64,000 bases of DNA from Candidatus Latescibacterota bacterium (GCA_965207885.1 OZ242311.1:4576001-4640000), one strand, 5' to 3'. Positions 18,138 to 28,012 are shown, counted from the first letter of the stretch. Notes: generated by a model not told the origin, from the sequence alone. Numbers and translations: made by a program.

Positions 18138-18234
18138 TACCTTAATATTGCAAGCGCAACTGCACACCACTTTGACCGCGAGCGGAGTTAATCCATCATG
18201 TCTCTTGATGGTCTCGAGAAAAAGAAAGTCCTGA

Positions 18235-18340
18235 AGTTTGGTTTGGTAGCAGTCTTTTTTGTTTTGTGGTCTATAAAATTGTTTTATTAGCAAAACACTC
18301 GCCCAACAAATAAAACAAATGTTGGGTATATGTCAACAAG
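18235..18340 (-). promoter_or_regulatory. Conserved promoter/operator module, copy 3
   Basis: TTGACA 18336-18331; CCCAACA-N11-TGTTGGG 18302-18326; TGTTTT-N6-AAAACA 18280-18297. Confidence 0.8.
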
Positions 18341-18474
18341 TTTTTTATTTTTTTCTCAAATTATGATAAGTCAGATTAATTTAGCTTTGGCGATTAACTG
18401 AAAAGGGTTGAATTTTTGGGACAAGTACCTATTATAGCGCAGTGTTTTTTCGATCTCAATGCGAGGAGAGTTAA

Positions 18475-19452
18475 ATGCCTGATAGATTAAAGGTCGCTGT
18501 TATTGGCGCGAGTGGCATTGGGCAGCACCACGCGCGATGGCACCATTTGTCGGGGTCTCAGGTGGTGGCATTTGTGGGGACTTCGGAGGAGTCGTGTGCA
18601 GAGACCCGGGAACAATTGCAGGCGTATTTTGGATTTGATGGGCGCGCTTATACAGATGTGACGCAGATGCTGACGACTGAACAGCCCGATGTGGTCGATG
18701 TTTCAAGTCCTTTTTATTTGCATAAAGAGCATGCAATTATGGCTCTGGAGAGTGGGTGCCATGTGGTGTGCGAAAAGCCCCTGTGCTGGGATGTGGGTAG
18801 GGATTTAGATGATATTTTGGCAGATGGACAGGCTGTGGTGCATTCGGCGGGGCAGGCGGGTAAGTCGCTGGTGATGTCTGCTCAATATCCCGCGGGGATT
18901 CCAGTTTATCGCGATTTTTACACGCGTGTGCGAGGGACATGGGATGCGATTGAATCGCTTGAGATGGAGATGGAGGTGAAGGGGCGCGGGGGACCAAAGG
19001 CGCGGGAAGATATCTGGATTGATGTGGCTTCCCATCCGCTGAGTTTGGTTCTGGGATTTTTGCCAGGGGGAGAAATCGATTGGGCAACGGCTTCGTGTGC
19101 AATAGGCGAGCGGGAGAATCGCGCGGGTTTTGAGGTGGTTACGCCCAATGGACGGTGCGATGTGCGGTTTGTTTTGCGCGATATCGACGAGGGGGTGCCC
19201 GTGCGGCAATTTGGCGTGAATGGCTTTTTGGTGAATTGGGAGGGGTTTGCCGATGAGGAGGGTATTTATCGCGCGCGATTGGTCCATGGAGATGAGGCTG
19301 TGATTTGTCGCGATTTTATGCATATTTTAATCGATGAATTTGGCAAGCATGTACGAGGGGAAGGTGGGCGGGTTGTTGTTTCTGGCGCGGATGCTTTGGT
19401 GAATTTGCAGTATCAAATTGCCCTGTTAAAGCAGGCGGATTGGTCTGTATGA
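18475..19452 (+). CDS. Gfo/Idh/MocA family oxidoreductase
   Basis: VAVIGASGIG Rossmann motif, HVVCEKP, DVASHPL. Confidence 0.88.
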   Translation: MPDRLKVAVIGASGIGQHHARWHHLSGSQVVAFVGTSEESCAETREQLQAYFGFDGRAYTDVTQMLTTEQPDVVDVSSPFYLHKEHAIMALESGCHVVCEKPLCWDVGRDLDDILADGQAVVHSAGQAGKSLVMSAQYPAGIPVYRDFYTRVRGTWDAIESLEMEMEVKGRGGPKAREDIWIDVASHPLSLVLGFLPGGEIDWATASCAIGERENRAGFEVVTPNGRCDVRFVLRDIDEGVPVRQFGVNGFLVNWEGFADEEGIYRARLVHGDEAVICRDFMHILIDEFGKHVRGEGGRVVVSGADALVNLQYQIALLKQADWSV

Positions 19453-20198
19453 GTGCGCGATCAGACATTGGGGTGGTGATTACCACGCACAACTATGGGC
19501 ATTATCTCGCCGCGTGTTTGGAATCGGTTTTGTCACAGACGCTTTTGCCCCGTCAGGTGTTGGTGGTTGACGATGCGAGTGAAGACAATGCGGCAGATGT
19601 TATGGCATCATTTTCCGATGTAGCGTATTGCCGCGTGGATTTTCGCAATGGCAACCGCGCTCGAAATTTTGGTTTTTTGAAGATTTCGACTCCTTATGTC
19701 GCGTTTTTCGATGCGGATAATGTGATGATGCCGCGCTTTTTAGAGGTGCTCTACAGCGCATTGGAAGAGGTTTCCCACGCGGCTTATGCTTATGGCGATC
19801 GCATTGTGTTTGCCGATGGCGATTTACAGCAGGGTGATTGCGAGGTGTCTGGCCCGTTTGATGTGCGGCGATTGCGCGCCGGAAATTATATCGATCTCGC
19901 CGCGTTGATTCGAGCTGATAGTTTTCCCGGGTTCGATCCCGCTGTGCGCCGATATCAGGATTGGGATTTGTGGCTGAATATCGCGCTCAGACAGGGGGGG
20001 ATCGGGCAGTATGTGCCCGAGACATTATATTATTACCGGGTGCATCCACACAGTGTAAGTCAGCGGGAAGACCGGGATCGGGCGATGTGGCGTATCCGCA
20101 GAAAATACCATCTCGGATGGGGCGCGCTACCCCTGCTGCGCCATTCTTTCAAGCTCTATCAATTCGCGCGGAAGACGAAGTCGTTTTGGACGAGGTGA
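19449..20198 (+). CDS. Family 2 glycosyltransferase
   Basis: VVDDAS, ARNFG, FFDADN (DxD), QDWDLW; ATGA overlap with upstream gene. Confidence 0.9.
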   Translation: MSARSDIGVVITTHNYGHYLAACLESVLSQTLLPRQVLVVDDASEDNAADVMASFSDVAYCRVDFRNGNRARNFGFLKISTPYVAFFDADNVMMPRFLEVLYSALEEVSHAAYAYGDRIVFADGDLQQGDCEVSGPFDVRRLRAGNYIDLAALIRADSFPGFDPAVRRYQDWDLWLNIALRQGGIGQYVPETLYYYRVHPHSVSQREDRDRAMWRIRRKYHLGWGALPLLRHSFKLYQFARKTKSFWTR

Positions 20199-20229
20199 GC
20201 GGTTGGGGCGACCTTTGTCCGCTGCCATC

Positions 20230-20258
20230 TTGACATGATGCGGTGTAGGCGTTACTTT
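20230..20258 (+). promoter_or_regulatory. sigma70-type promoter of sucAB-lpd
   Basis: TTGACA-17-TACTTT. Confidence 0.7.
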
Positions 20259-20313
20259 TTCCGTGTGTGTAAGATACACCTCTTGTAAAGGCTACAGAAA
20301 GGTGGGGATTGTT

Positions 20314-23106
20314 ATGTCATTCGATATTGCTGCAATTGCCAATGCCGATTATATCGACGCGATGTATGAGAAATACAAACAAGACCCAGATCTGGTGGAT
20401 GAAAGATGGCATATATTTTTTGCGGGTTTTGATTTGGGGATGCAGCGCGATGGTGCCGACTTGACTCCAGATACGTCAGATGAGAACCAGGCGGAGGAAA
20501 ATGTCATGGCGTTTCTCGATGCTTATGACACATTGGAGGAATATACCCGTATGGATGCGAATAGGCAGCAGGGGGCTATGGCCCTGGTCAATGCCTATCG
20601 CACATGGGGGCACCTGGTCGCCGATATTGCGCCGATGAGTTATACGCGCCCGCCGTATCCGCTATTGGAGTTGTCGGAATACGGCTTTACAGAAGAGGAT
20701 CTGGATCAAATCGTCGGCAATGGCGGATTTCTCGGTCCTACGGACGGGACGTTGCGCGACCTCGTTGCAAAGCTCAGGCAAACATACTGCGGTTCTGTGG
20801 CGGTAGAATACACCGATATTCCGTATAAGAGCCAGCACGAGTGGCTGGAGCAGCACATGGAACCGATCTTAAATTCGCCGAAATTCAGTGCGGAACAATG
20901 CCGGGATCTGTTGAGGCTATTGATCGAAGCACAGGAGTTTGAACAATTTTTGCATGTTAAATATATCGGGAAAAAGCGATTTTCTATTGAAGGCGGCGAA
21001 GCGCTGATCCCGATGTTGCACGCGCTTATTGAAACCGGGGCTGCGTTAAATGTCGAAGAAATGGTGATGGGGATGGCGCATCGCGGCAGGCTCAATGTGC
21101 TCACGCATATTATGCAAAAGCCCTATCCGGAGATATTCAGCGAGTTTGAGGGTGTTGAGTTGGGAGAGGGGTCGGGCGATGTAAAATACCACATGGGGTT
21201 CGCCCATGAGTATGTCACGCGCGATGGGCACACGGTGCATTTGGGATTGACGCCGAATCCGAGTCACCTCGAATTGGTCAATCCCGTGATTGAGGGCATT
21301 GTTTGTACGAAGCAAGAGACAAAAGGCGATGTTCAGCACGAGCATATCGTACCGCTGATCATTCACGGCGATGCCGCTTTTGCCGGGCAAGGCATTGTGC
21401 CTGAGACGATTTGTTTGTCCCATCTGGATGGCTATGATAATGGGGGTACGATTCACATTGTTGTGAATAATCAGATTGGTTTTACAGCATTGCCCCGGGA
21501 GTCTCGTTTTACAGCATATCCAACAGATGTGGCGAAGATTGTTAAGATGCCCATTTTCCACGTCAATGCCGATGATCCCGAAGCTGTGGTACACGCAGCG
21601 CGTATGGCTATGGCTTATCGCCAGGCGGTGAAAAACGATGTGATTATCGATCTGTGGTGTTATCGCCGATACGGTCACAATGAATCCGACGATCCCGCTT
21701 TCACTCAGCCTCTGCAATCTGCTGAGATCGCCGGGCATCCAACGGTTGTCGATTTGTATTCGAGGCGTTTGATTGAGCAAAATATCGCAACAGAAGATGA
21801 TGTCGATGCAATGAAGCAGGCTGTGCGCGAGAAGCTCGAGGCGGCATTTGTCGATGCGAAAAATCAAAAGACAAAACCGCGTGAGCCAACATTTGGGGGT
21901 GCGTGGAAGGGATTTGGGAAGGCGGGCGCAGATCGCACGGTAAAAACCGCGGTGCATAGAGAGAAGTTGATTGATATTGCCCAAAAGGCGACGATTGTGC
22001 CCGAGGGATTTAACGCTTATCGCAAATTGATGCGCCAACTCGATTACCGCATGCAAATGGTCCACGGTAAGGTGGGTATAGACTGGGGCTGCGCGGAGAT
22101 GCTCGCATTTGGCAGTTTGTTAGTTGATGGGTTCCCGGTGCGATTGGCCGGGCAAGATTCTCAGCGGGGTACATTTAGTCATCGGCAAGCGGTGTGGCAC
22201 GACGTCAAAAATGGCTCGATTTATTCACCGCTGAACCATCTATCGGATGGTCAGGGTGGTTTCAGGGTCTATAATACGATGCTTTCGGAATTGGCAGTGC
22301 TGGGCTTTGAGTTTGGCGTGAGTTATGCCAATCCCAATAAATTGACGATCTGGGAAGCCCAGTTTGGCGATTTTGCCAATGGCGCGCAGATGATTATCGA
22401 TCAGTTTATTTCCAGTTCTGAGGCCAAATGGCAAAAGATGAGCGGGCTGGTGATGCTCTTGCCGCACGGATTTGAAGGCCAGGGACCAGAGCATTCGAGT
22501 GCGCGGTTAGAGCGGTTTCAGGCGTTGTGTGCCGAAGACAATATGCAGGTGGGTTGCCCCACGCTACCCGCACAGTATTTTCATTTGCTGCGCCGCCAGA
22601 TGCTGCGTGCATTTCGCAAGCCCCTCGTTTTGATGATGCCAAAGAGTTTGTTGCGGCACAAAGAATCGACCTCAACGCTCGAGGATTTGTCCAGGGGCGC
22701 GTTTTATCCCGTTTTAGACGATCCCGCACAGCCCGATCCCAGCGCGGTGAAGCGCGTTGTTTTCTGTACGGGTAAGGTCTTTTTTGACTTAAAAGAGGGG
22801 CGGGACAAAAAGGGCGAGGAAAGGCTCGCACTGGTGCGGATTGAGGAACACTATCCTTTTCCGTGGGATGAGGTGGGTGCTATACTTGAAAAATACGGCG
22901 ATGCGGATATTTTTTGGGGACAAGAAGAGCCGCAAAATATGGGTAGTTGGGATTTTATGGAGCCAAAACTCCGCCGATTGCTCGATAACAAAAAGCCAGT
23001 GCGCTATCTGGGACGAAAGCCCACGGCTGCAACGGCCACGGGTATTCAGTCGGTGCATTTGGCCGAACAGCAAGAGATCGTGGAGATGGCTCTGGATTTT
23101 TCTTAG
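20314..23106 (+). CDS. sucA: 2-oxoglutarate dehydrogenase E1
   Basis: KRFSIEGGE, MAHRGRLN, GDVKYH, HGDAAFAGQG, WEAQFGDF, LPHGFEGQGPEHSS. Confidence 0.97.
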   Translation: MSFDIAAIANADYIDAMYEKYKQDPDLVDERWHIFFAGFDLGMQRDGADLTPDTSDENQAEENVMAFLDAYDTLEEYTRMDANRQQGAMALVNAYRTWGHLVADIAPMSYTRPPYPLLELSEYGFTEEDLDQIVGNGGFLGPTDGTLRDLVAKLRQTYCGSVAVEYTDIPYKSQHEWLEQHMEPILNSPKFSAEQCRDLLRLLIEAQEFEQFLHVKYIGKKRFSIEGGEALIPMLHALIETGAALNVEEMVMGMAHRGRLNVLTHIMQKPYPEIFSEFEGVELGEGSGDVKYHMGFAHEYVTRDGHTVHLGLTPNPSHLELVNPVIEGIVCTKQETKGDVQHEHIVPLIIHGDAAFAGQGIVPETICLSHLDGYDNGGTIHIVVNNQIGFTALPRESRFTAYPTDVAKIVKMPIFHVNADDPEAVVHAARMAMAYRQAVKNDVIIDLWCYRRYGHNESDDPAFTQPLQSAEIAGHPTVVDLYSRRLIEQNIATEDDVDAMKQAVREKLEAAFVDAKNQKTKPREPTFGGAWKGFGKAGADRTVKTAVHREKLIDIAQKATIVPEGFNAYRKLMRQLDYRMQMVHGKVGIDWGCAEMLAFGSLLVDGFPVRLAGQDSQRGTFSHRQAVWHDVKNGSIYSPLNHLSDGQGGFRVYNTMLSELAVLGFEFGVSYANPNKLTIWEAQFGDFANGAQMIIDQFISSSEAKWQKMSGLVMLLPHGFEGQGPEHSSARLERFQALCAEDNMQVGCPTLPAQYFHLLRRQMLRAFRKPLVLMMPKSLLRHKESTSTLEDLSRGAFYPVLDDPAQPDPSAVKRVVFCTGKVFFDLKEGRDKKGEERLALVRIEEHYPFPWDEVGAILEKYGDADIFWGQEEPQNMGSWDFMEPKLRRLLDNKKPVRYLGRKPTAATATGIQSVHLAEQQEIVEMALDFS

Positions 23107-23118
23107 GGAGGCGCGTAC

Positions 23119-24318
23119 ATGCCTGTTGATGTAGTTTTGCCCGAATTGGGAGAGTCAGTGACCGATGCCATTCTGGTCGAGTGGTTGAAATCGGATGGCG
23201 AGGCCGTGGCGGTAGATGAACCTCTTGCGGTTATTGAAACGGATAAAGCCGATGTCGAATTGCCCGCGCCTTCGGCGGGCGTGTTGCATACACTGAAGGC
23301 CGATGGCGATACGATTGAGGTCGGCGAGACCATTGCTACAATAGATGAGGATGGGAAAGCCGTCTCAAAGGCCGACGTATCGGAGAAGGTCGATTCGTCT
23401 GAAGAGCCTGTAGAGGCCGATGGTTTGAGTCCGGCAGTGCGCCGATTGGTGACAGAGCACGATCTCGATCCCGCGGCGATTACAGGGACGGGAAAAGACG
23501 GGCGATTGACCAAAGGAGATGTGCTGGCGTATCTCGATTCAGAAGTGTCGGAAGTACCCGATCCGCCCGTTTCTGAACCCGAAGCTCCTGCACCACCTCC
23601 TGCTGCCGCTGTTTCGAGCGGTGGTGAGCGGCGCGAACCCATGAGTCAAATTCGCACGCGCATTGCCGAGCGTCTGGTTTCTGCACAGCAGACAGCGGCG
23701 ATGTTGACGACGTTTAATGAAGTAGATATGAGCGGTATTTTTGATTTGCGCGCCAAATACAAAGAGATGTTTGCAGATGTACACGGCATATCCCTGGGTT
23801 TGATGTCCTTTTTTGTTCGTGCCTGTGTTATTGCTTTGCAGGAATATCCCGATGTAAATGCCAGTATCGATGGTTCTGATATTGTCTATCGCGATTATGT
23901 CAATATGGGTATTGCTGTGGGTACTGATCGCGGTCTTGTCGTGCCTGTTTTGAAGTCGGCAGAGCGCATGTCTTTTGCTACTATTGAGTCGGAAATTAAG
24001 CGCGTGGCGCTCTCTGCGCGAGAAGGCAAGCTGGGGTTGGATGAGTTGAGTGGGGGAACGTTTACGATTACCAATGGCGGGGTGTTTGGGTCGCTGTTGT
24101 CAACGCCTATTCTCAATCCGCCCCAGACGGGTATTTTGGGTATGCACGCGATTCAGAATCGTCCCGTTGCCGTGGGGGATGAGGTGGTTGTTCGCCCGAT
24201 GATGTATCTGGCATTGACTTATGATCACCGCCTGATTGACGGCCAGACTTCGGTCACATTCCTGGTTCGCGTAAAAGACCTGCTCGAAGATCCAGCGCGT
24301 ATGATGCTGGAAGTGTGA
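23119..24318 (+). CDS. sucB: Dihydrolipoamide succinyltransferase E2
   Basis: Lipoyl [24 protein letters not shown]. Confidence 0.96.
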   Translation: MPVDVVLPELGESVTDAILVEWLKSDGEAVAVDEPLAVIETDKADVELPAPSAGVLHTLKADGDTIEVGETIATIDEDGKAVSKADVSEKVDSSEEPVEADGLSPAVRRLVTEHDLDPAAITGTGKDGRLTKGDVLAYLDSEVSEVPDPPVSEPEAPAPPPAAAVSSGGERREPMSQIRTRIAERLVSAQQTAAMLTTFNEVDMSGIFDLRAKYKEMFADVHGISLGLMSFFVRACVIALQEYPDVNASIDGSDIVYRDYVNMGIAVGTDRGLVVPVLKSAERMSFATIESEIKRVALSAREGKLGLDELSGGTFTITNGGVFGSLLSTPILNPPQTGILGMHAIQNRPVAVGDEVVVRPMMYLALTYDHRLIDGQTSVTFLVRVKDLLEDPARMMLEV

Positions 24319-24320
24319 TC

Positions 24321-24370
24321 CGCAGATGGACGCAGATGGACGCAGATGGACGCAGATGGACGCAGATGAC
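24321..24370. repeat. 10-bp tandem repeat (CGCAGATGGA)x5
   Basis: Four perfect units plus CGCAGATGAC. Confidence 0.95.
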
Positions 24371-24379
24371 GGATAAACC

Positions 24380-24405
24380 GTAGGGGCGATCCCTCGTGGG
24401 CGCCC
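24380..24405 (+). repeat. REP-like GTAG palindrome
   Basis: GTAG-GGGCG-atccctcgtggg-CGCCC. Confidence 0.6.
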
Positions 24406-24435
24406 GAATTTTTTACCGATTTTGAGGAGCCTCTC

Positions 24436-25821
24436 GTGGCAGATAATACATTCGATCTCATTGTTATTGGTGCTGGACCGGGAGGGTATGTCGCGGCGAT
24501 TCGCGCGGCGCAATTGGGCATGCGCGTGGCATGTGTTGAGAAACAGGCATTGGGAGGTACATGTCTGAATGTGGGCTGTATTCCGAGTAAAGCCCTTTTG
24601 GAGTCGAGTGAGTTGTTTCACCAGGCGGAGTCTTCGTTGGGTATTCACGGTGTAAAGACCGGTGGTGTGGAACTGGATTTGAAGGGTATGATGAAGCGCA
24701 AGTCCAGTATTGTGCGAAGGATGACGGGCGGTATTCGCGGCCTGTTTCGGAAGAATAATGTGACGCATATTTCGGGGCTGGGGCGGTTGGCTGGCGATGG
24801 AAAGGTCGATGTTGACGGGGATGTTTATTCGGCAGAGCGCATTTTGATCGCTACGGGCAGTTCTGCGATTGAGTTGCCCAATTTGCCTTATGATGGCGAG
24901 TATGTGATCAGTTCTACCGAGGCGTTGGCACTGGATGAGGTGCCCGGCAAGATGATTGTTATTGGCGCAGGTGCAATCGGTCTCGAGTTGGGGTCGGTGT
25001 GGCGTCGTCTGGGTGCGGAGGTGCATGTGGTGGAACTTTTAGATGAGATTACGCCGATGATGGACCGCGAATTGTCCCTCGGTTTGCAGAAGGTGCTGGA
25101 GAAGCAGGGGCTGAGGTTTTCGTTTGAGACGCGCGCGGAGTCGGCTGAGGTCCGCGATGGGAAGGTGATTGTGACTCTCGCACAGGGCGATGAGACGACT
25201 TCTGAGACGTGTGACCGATTGCTGGTCGCTGTTGGGCGAAGGCCAAATACCGATGGGCTGGGTGGCGAAGATGTGGGCTTGGAGATGGATGACCAGGGAC
25301 GCATTCTGGTCGATGACGTATTTGAGACAAATTTGCCCGGTGTCTATGCAATTGGCGATGTGATTCCCGGTCCGATGCTGGCGCACAAGGCAGAGGAAGA
25401 GGGTGTGGCTGCGGTGGAATGTATGGCGGGAAAGGCGGGGCATGTGAATTATGGCGCGATTCCCAATGTGGTGTACACACATCCAGAACTGGCATCGGTG
25501 GGGCTGACAGAGGAGCAGGTTGTGGCCGATGGCATTCCCTATAAGGTGGGCAAGTTTCCAATAGCTGCCAATGGTCGCGCGCATACGCTACAGGCGGTGG
25601 ATGGACAGGTGAAGATTATTGCACATGAAAAGACGGATCGCGTGTTGGGTATTCACATTTTGGCCGCACGCGCGTCCGATATGCTCGCCGAAGGGGTTCT
25701 GGCAATGGAATTTTCCGCGAGTGCAGAGGATATTGCGCGGACAATGCACGCGCACCCCACGCTTCCGGAGGCTCTTAAAGAGGCCGCGTTGAATGTAGAG
25801 AATGAGGCGATTCATATTTAA
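24436..25821 (+). CDS. lpdA: Dihydrolipoamide dehydrogenase E3
   Basis: GAGPGG, GGTCLNVGCIPSK, HAHPTLPE; GTG start with GAGGAG. Confidence 0.96.
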   Translation: MADNTFDLIVIGAGPGGYVAAIRAAQLGMRVACVEKQALGGTCLNVGCIPSKALLESSELFHQAESSLGIHGVKTGGVELDLKGMMKRKSSIVRRMTGGIRGLFRKNNVTHISGLGRLAGDGKVDVDGDVYSAERILIATGSSAIELPNLPYDGEYVISSTEALALDEVPGKMIVIGAGAIGLELGSVWRRLGAEVHVVELLDEITPMMDRELSLGLQKVLEKQGLRFSFETRAESAEVRDGKVIVTLAQGDETTSETCDRLLVAVGRRPNTDGLGGEDVGLEMDDQGRILVDDVFETNLPGVYAIGDVIPGPMLAHKAEEEGVAAVECMAGKAGHVNYGAIPNVVYTHPELASVGLTEEQVVADGIPYKVGKFPIAANGRAHTLQAVDGQVKIIAHEKTDRVLGIHILAARASDMLAEGVLAMEFSASAEDIARTMHAHPTLPEALKEAALNVENEAIHI

Positions 25822-25837
25822 GAAAATTTGAGAAAAC

Positions 25838-26129
25838 TTGACATTGCCTGTTTATATATGTAGCTTTAACAAAATATCACCTTTAAAGGCTTAATTTAAT
25901 GACATCCTCTGACACGCATACATCTATCGCTCACCAGACTATGATCGTTTTGTTGGTGAGAAAGGCCGCGTCCTGAAGACGGGTTTTAGGGGATAGGTGT
26001 GTCCATGCGTGAAAGAAGAGACCTTGCCTGATTCGTTCATAAAACAAATAAAATGAACAATTTAGGCTTGATTGTAGTTTATTTTTTAAGGCTGTGGCAC
26101 ACATTGTGACCACAGCCTTTTCTTTTTTT
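25838..26129 (+). promoter_or_regulatory. Promoter, structured leader with uORFs and premature terminator (attenuator) of ABC-F gene
   Basis: TTGACA-17-TAGCTT (25838-25866); terminator aaggctgtgg/ccacagcctt 26088-26119 with U-tract 13 nt before the ATG. Confidence 0.72.
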
Positions 26130-26142
26130 GAAAGTGTGACCA

Positions 26143-27936
26143 ATGACTATTTTGGAATTACATCATATTGCAATGGATTACGGTGCTCAGGATGTGCTGA
26201 TTGATGTGTCTTTTAAGATCAATAAAGGCGAAAAGGTTGGTTTGATTGGTGACAATGGCTGCGGAAAGACTACCATTTTGAAATTGATTGCAGGTATTGA
26301 AACACCCGTTTCTGGCACTGTGAGTAAGGTAAAAGGCATATCTACGGGGTATCTCGAGCAGCACCTGAAATTTCAGGCGGGAAGGCGTGTTGAAGAAGAA
26401 ATCGCCTCGGTATTTGAAGCAGTTATTCAGATGCAGCGCAAAATGCACAAACTGGAAGCTCAGATGGCAAACGGTGCGTCCGATCAGATCAATGCGGTGA
26501 TGGAACAGTACGGGCGCTTACAGGAGGCTTTTGAGCGGGCAGATGGCTATGCTTGTCAGGCAAAAATTGATGCGGTCATAGACGGACTGGGTATAGATGC
26601 CTGGCGGGACCAGTCTGTCGATGTATTGAGTGGCGGTGAAAAGAATCTGGTGGGCTTGGCAAAAATTCTGCTGGGCGAGCCCGATCTGCTGTTGCTGGAC
26701 GAACCAGGCAATCATCTCGATTTTGAAGGATTGGCCTGGTTAGAGACATTTTTGCAAAATTTAGACCGAACGGTGATTCTGGTATCGCACGATCGCTATA
26801 TGCTGGATCGGGTTGTGAATCGGATCGTGGAAGTTGAAGATGGTAAAGCCAGCACATATATAGGCAATTATTCGGCCTACCGCGCAGAAAAAATGCGTCA
26901 ATTGCTCTTGCAGAAAGCGGCATACGACAACCAGCAGAAGGAAATTCAACGGCTGGAGGAGATGATCAAGCGTTTTGAATTGTGGGGTGGAGAAAAAAAT
27001 ATACGACGTGCGAGAAACAAGGGAAAAATGCTGGATCGCATAGATCGGATCCATCGGCCAGTCATGGATCGCCAGCGCATTGATCCTGCATTTGGCGCGA
27101 TTCAAGGCAGTGGAAAAATTGCCTTAGAGTTGCGAAAGTACGGGCGCAAAGCAGGTCAGCGCACGCTGTTTCGAGATGTTGATTTGCTGGTGCAATCGGG
27201 CGAGCGCGTCGGATTGGTTGGGGGTAATGGGACGGGCAAATCCATGCTGTTTAAGGACATTATTGCCGAGGCTGCCTGGGAACACCCCACAATGCGAATT
27301 GGTCCACGCATTCAATTGGGATATTACGCACAAGAACACGAGATCTTAAATGACGACCGAACCATTCTCGAAGAGATCTGTTTGTCGGGTGAGTTGAGCC
27401 GAGATCAGGGGGGTGGGGTGTTGTCCAGGTTTTTATTTGGATGGCGTGATCTGGACAAAAAAGTCGGCAATTTGAGCGGCGGGGAAAAAAGCCGCGTTCA
27501 GTTGGCCTGTTTGATGGTGTCTGGGGCCAATATGTTGCTATTGGATGAGCCAACCAATCATCTGGATATCGCATCCCGCGAGCAAGTGGAAGATGCCCTT
27601 GAAGTCTTTGACGGTACACTCATAGTAATTTCACACGATCGCTATTTTCTCGATAAAATTGCCGAGCGAGTGATTGAAGTGCGCGACCTGAATTTGGAGT
27701 CCCATGTGGGCAATTTCTCAGATTTTTGGGCAAAATGGAGATCAGATAAAACGCCGGATGGAGAGATCGATTCTGAGGTTGAAAAACAAATTGAGGTGCT
27801 GGAAGATGAAAAATTGCGATTGGAACGAGGGATGGCATCGGCTTTTGAAAAAAGAGATTTCAAGCGAGGAGACCGCCTCAGCCGTCGATTGCGTCTGGTG
27901 GAACAGCAGATTGAAAACCTTTATGGGGCTTTGTAA
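26143..27936 (+). CDS. ABC-F family ribosome-associated ATPase
   Basis: Two NBDs (GDNGCGKT, LSGGE, LLLDEP, SHDRY twice), no TM segments, PtIM linker, C-terminal coiled coil. Confidence 0.93.
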   Translation: MTILELHHIAMDYGAQDVLIDVSFKINKGEKVGLIGDNGCGKTTILKLIAGIETPVSGTVSKVKGISTGYLEQHLKFQAGRRVEEEIASVFEAVIQMQRKMHKLEAQMANGASDQINAVMEQYGRLQEAFERADGYACQAKIDAVIDGLGIDAWRDQSVDVLSGGEKNLVGLAKILLGEPDLLLLDEPGNHLDFEGLAWLETFLQNLDRTVILVSHDRYMLDRVVNRIVEVEDGKASTYIGNYSAYRAEKMRQLLLQKAAYDNQQKEIQRLEEMIKRFELWGGEKNIRRARNKGKMLDRIDRIHRPVMDRQRIDPAFGAIQGSGKIALELRKYGRKAGQRTLFRDVDLLVQSGERVGLVGGNGTGKSMLFKDIIAEAAWEHPTMRIGPRIQLGYYAQEHEILNDDRTILEEICLSGELSRDQGGGVLSRFLFGWRDLDKKVGNLSGGEKSRVQLACLMVSGANMLLLDEPTNHLDIASREQVEDALEVFDGTLIVISHDRYFLDKIAERVIEVRDLNLESHVGNFSDFWAKWRSDKTPDGEIDSEVEKQIEVLEDEKLRLERGMASAFEKRDFKRGDRLSRRLRLVEQQIENLYGAL

Positions 27937-27954
27937 ATCACATTGTCATATTAC

Positions 27955-27995
27955 AACAAAACACCGCAACAAATCTGTTGCGGTGTTTTGTTTTT
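27955..27995. terminator. Bidirectional intrinsic terminator
   Basis: 17-bp perfect inverted repeat between convergent genes. Confidence 0.85.
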
Positions 27996-28012
27996 AGACT
28001 GTTTTGCCCCGT

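Noticed and set aside
17865-18230. Cobalamin/TPP riboswitch ahead of TonB receptor
   Set aside because: No B12-box or TGAGA/CTGAT TPP core found in the proper context.
24321-24370. Possible CRISPR array
   Set aside because: Contiguous 10-mers with no spacers; no cas genes. The same applies to the 8-mer and 21-mer repeats.
25955-26015. Hammerhead ribozyme (CTGAAGA...GAAA)
   Set aside because: Stem II register is off by one, and stems I/III could not be built.
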